Source: Spirochaetia bacterium | GTDB taxonomy: Bacteria; Spirochaetota; Spirochaetia; DSM-2461 | Reading direction: 5' to 3' | NCBI GenBank assembly: GCA_963668315.1 | Contig: OY764216.1 | Location: forward strand, 704,001-768,000 | Length of the DNA stretch: 64,000 nt | Shown: in pieces, positions 62,296 to 64,000 of the stretch | Position numbering within the stretch: the stretch's first letter is position 1 | How the letters are laid out: every line of letters begins with the position of its first letter | The notes under the pieces: model-generated | Told to the model about the DNA's origin: nothing | Databases searched by the model: none | The model's input: only the letters and a program-made list of their open reading frames with translations | Program-made: the position numbers and the translations under genes

Positions 62296-63378
62296 TTGGG
62301 ATTTGACAGCGTCCGCTCACTGAATTTTCGAAATCTGGTAGATAGCCGGATTGATTTAACCGGAGCGGACAAAGTTTTTCTTGTCGGTCTGAACGGACAG
62401 GGCAAGACAAATTTTCTGGAGATGATCTATTATCTCTGTTATGCTTCCTCCTTCCGGGGAAAAACAGAAAAGGGCCTGTGCCGTCACGGAGAAGCGGGAT
62501 TTTTCGTGGGCGGTAAATATTCCTTCACGGGGATTCAATACGGATCCCTGGGCATTTCCTTTAAAAACGGTGTGAGAACCGTGAAAATGGATGATAAAAT
62601 CGTCCGGGACAGAAAGGAACTCATCAATAACATTCCCTGCGTTGTATTCTGCCATGACGATTTGACGTTTGTGAACGGATCCCCGGAACGAAAGCGCTGG
62701 TTTTTTGATCAGACCTTAAGTTATCAGTATCCCCTATACGTGGATTCCCTGCGAAAATACAAAAAAGTCCTGCTTCAACGGAATAAAGTCCTCAAGGAGA
62801 AACGGAGAGACCTTCTGGAAGTATATACCGATCAGATGGTTACCATCGGAAAGGAAATCCAGACCCGCCGAAAGGAACTGACAGAGCTTTTCAATACCCA
62901 TTTCAATCGCTATTTCAGACACATTTCCGGACTGGAAGAGGAACTTTCCATTGTATATCAGCCCTCCTGGAGAGGATTGGAGGAAGAGAAGGATATTTTT
63001 GATTTCCTGAAATCCCGTGAAGAGAAGGAGATCTTCAAGGGATCCTCCCTGTATGGCCCTCACCGGGATAATTTCATGTTCATGCAGAAGGGAAAAAATT
63101 TTATAGATTTCGGCTCCACCGGGCAGATGAGGCTTATCTCATTGATTTTGCGCATCGCCCAGGCGGATTTTGTCAGCGCCAGCCAGGAGAAAAAACCTGT
63201 GCTGCTGCTGGATGACGTGCTATTGGAACTGGACAGGGAGAAAAGAGCGCTGTTCCTGGACAGCCTTCCCCCCTATGAACAGGCCTTTTTCACCTTTTTG
63301 CCCGGGGACGACACTTATACAAGAGGGCAAAATAGTTTATTCTTTGACATCGAAAAAGGACAATTAACAAAAAGATGA
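62296..63378 (+). CDS. recF: DNA replication/repair protein RecF
   Basis: NFRN, GLNGQGKTN, GPHRD, STGQ, LLLDDVLLELD. Confidence 0.95.
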   Translation: MGFDSVRSLNFRNLVDSRIDLTGADKVFLVGLNGQGKTNFLEMIYYLCYASSFRGKTEKGLCRHGEAGFFVGGKYSFTGIQYGSLGISFKNGVRTVKMDDKIVRDRKELINNIPCVVFCHDDLTFVNGSPERKRWFFDQTLSYQYPLYVDSLRKYKKVLLQRNKVLKEKRRDLLEVYTDQMVTIGKEIQTRRKELTELFNTHFNRYFRHISGLEEELSIVYQPSWRGLEEEKDIFDFLKSREEKEIFKGSSLYGPHRDNFMFMQKGKNFIDFGSTGQMRLISLILRIAQADFVSASQEKKPVLLLDDVLLELDREKRALFLDSLPPYEQAFFTFLPGDDTYTRGQNSLFFDIEKGQLTKR

Positions 63379-63794
63379 GAGAATCGGCCGATATCATATC
63401 ACAGTTTTTTGACAGGGATGTTGTTCAGGAAGGAGAGGACTGGATCAAGCTGATTTCTTCCTGGGAAAGGATCGTAGGAACGGATCTGGCGGCTCATATC
63501 AAAATAAAGGATCTGAAAGGAACGACCCTCATACTGAACAGCGATCATCCGGGATGGGCCCAGATTTTCTTTATGAAAAAACGGGCTATTATGAATAAAA
63601 TGATAAAACAGTTTCCCCGGGCGACCATCAGAAGCTTCCGCGTTCTATGCGATAATAAAAGCATTAACAGGGAATTGATGGAAAATGCCCGTGTTATCGA
63701 GGAATATAAAAACGAACCGGAAAAGGAAAATTCCGTCAAGCCTGACAATGAATTCTCCGATCTTTTGAAAAACTTAAGGAATTTGGGAGAATAA
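63375..63794 (+). CDS. DUF721/DciA family protein
   Basis: WERIVGTDLAAH, HPGWAQ; directly after recF. Confidence 0.8.
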   Translation: MRESADIISQFFDRDVVQEGEDWIKLISSWERIVGTDLAAHIKIKDLKGTTLILNSDHPGWAQIFFMKKRAIMNKMIKQFPRATIRSFRVLCDNKSINRELMENARVIEEYKNEPEKENSVKPDNEFSDLLKNLRNLGE

Positions 63795-63894
63795 TGGACT
63801 GCTTCGCAGTTGACATAATCTTTCCTTGCAACTAAAATTATTTCGCTTTTATTGTCAAATAATTGAGTGTAATATATTATCAGGAGACTGACAG

Positions 63895-64000
63895 ATGAAA
63901 AGAACATATCAGCCCAGCAAGACTAAAAGAAACAGAAGATGGGGTTTCCGGGCTCGAATGAAAACCAAGAATGGTCGCGCCGTTCTCTCCAGAAGAAGAA
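63895..64000 (+). CDS. rpmH: 50S ribosomal protein L34 (runs off window edge)
   Basis: Manual translation [42 protein letters not shown]; not in the ORF track. Confidence 0.95.
   Translation, partial: MKRTYQPSKTKRNRRWGFRARMKTKNGRAVLSRRR

Overview
Chromosomal origin region of an anaerobic free-living bacterium, most likely a spirochaete (inferred from gene order and signal-peptide style). Right end: gyrA-gyrB divergent from dnaA-oriC-dnaN-recF-dciA(DUF721)-rpmH, with DnaA boxes and DnaA-trios between dnaA and dnaN and two perfect parS sites at the gyrA 3' end. Left third: sugar ABC transporters, two GH3 beta-glucosidases, a YesM/YesN-type two-component pair, SRAP, ndk, yqeK and a soluble [FeFe]-hydrogenase-like chemoreceptor. 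Middle: uncharacterised envelope genes, gdhA with a receiver/PPDK-N partner, and a metal block (csoR-copA; TetR/beta-barrel/nitroreductase; marR-hgcA-hgcB-arsN-like). Most notable: a mercury-methylation operon whose hgcA appears to carry an internal frameshifting deletion, a possible nested CopZ made by internal initiation in copA, a probable ATT-start gene in an undescribed envelope operon, and many apparently leaderless genes. No rRNA, tRNA, CRISPR or transposase seen. All family calls come from motif recognition by eye; no searches were run.
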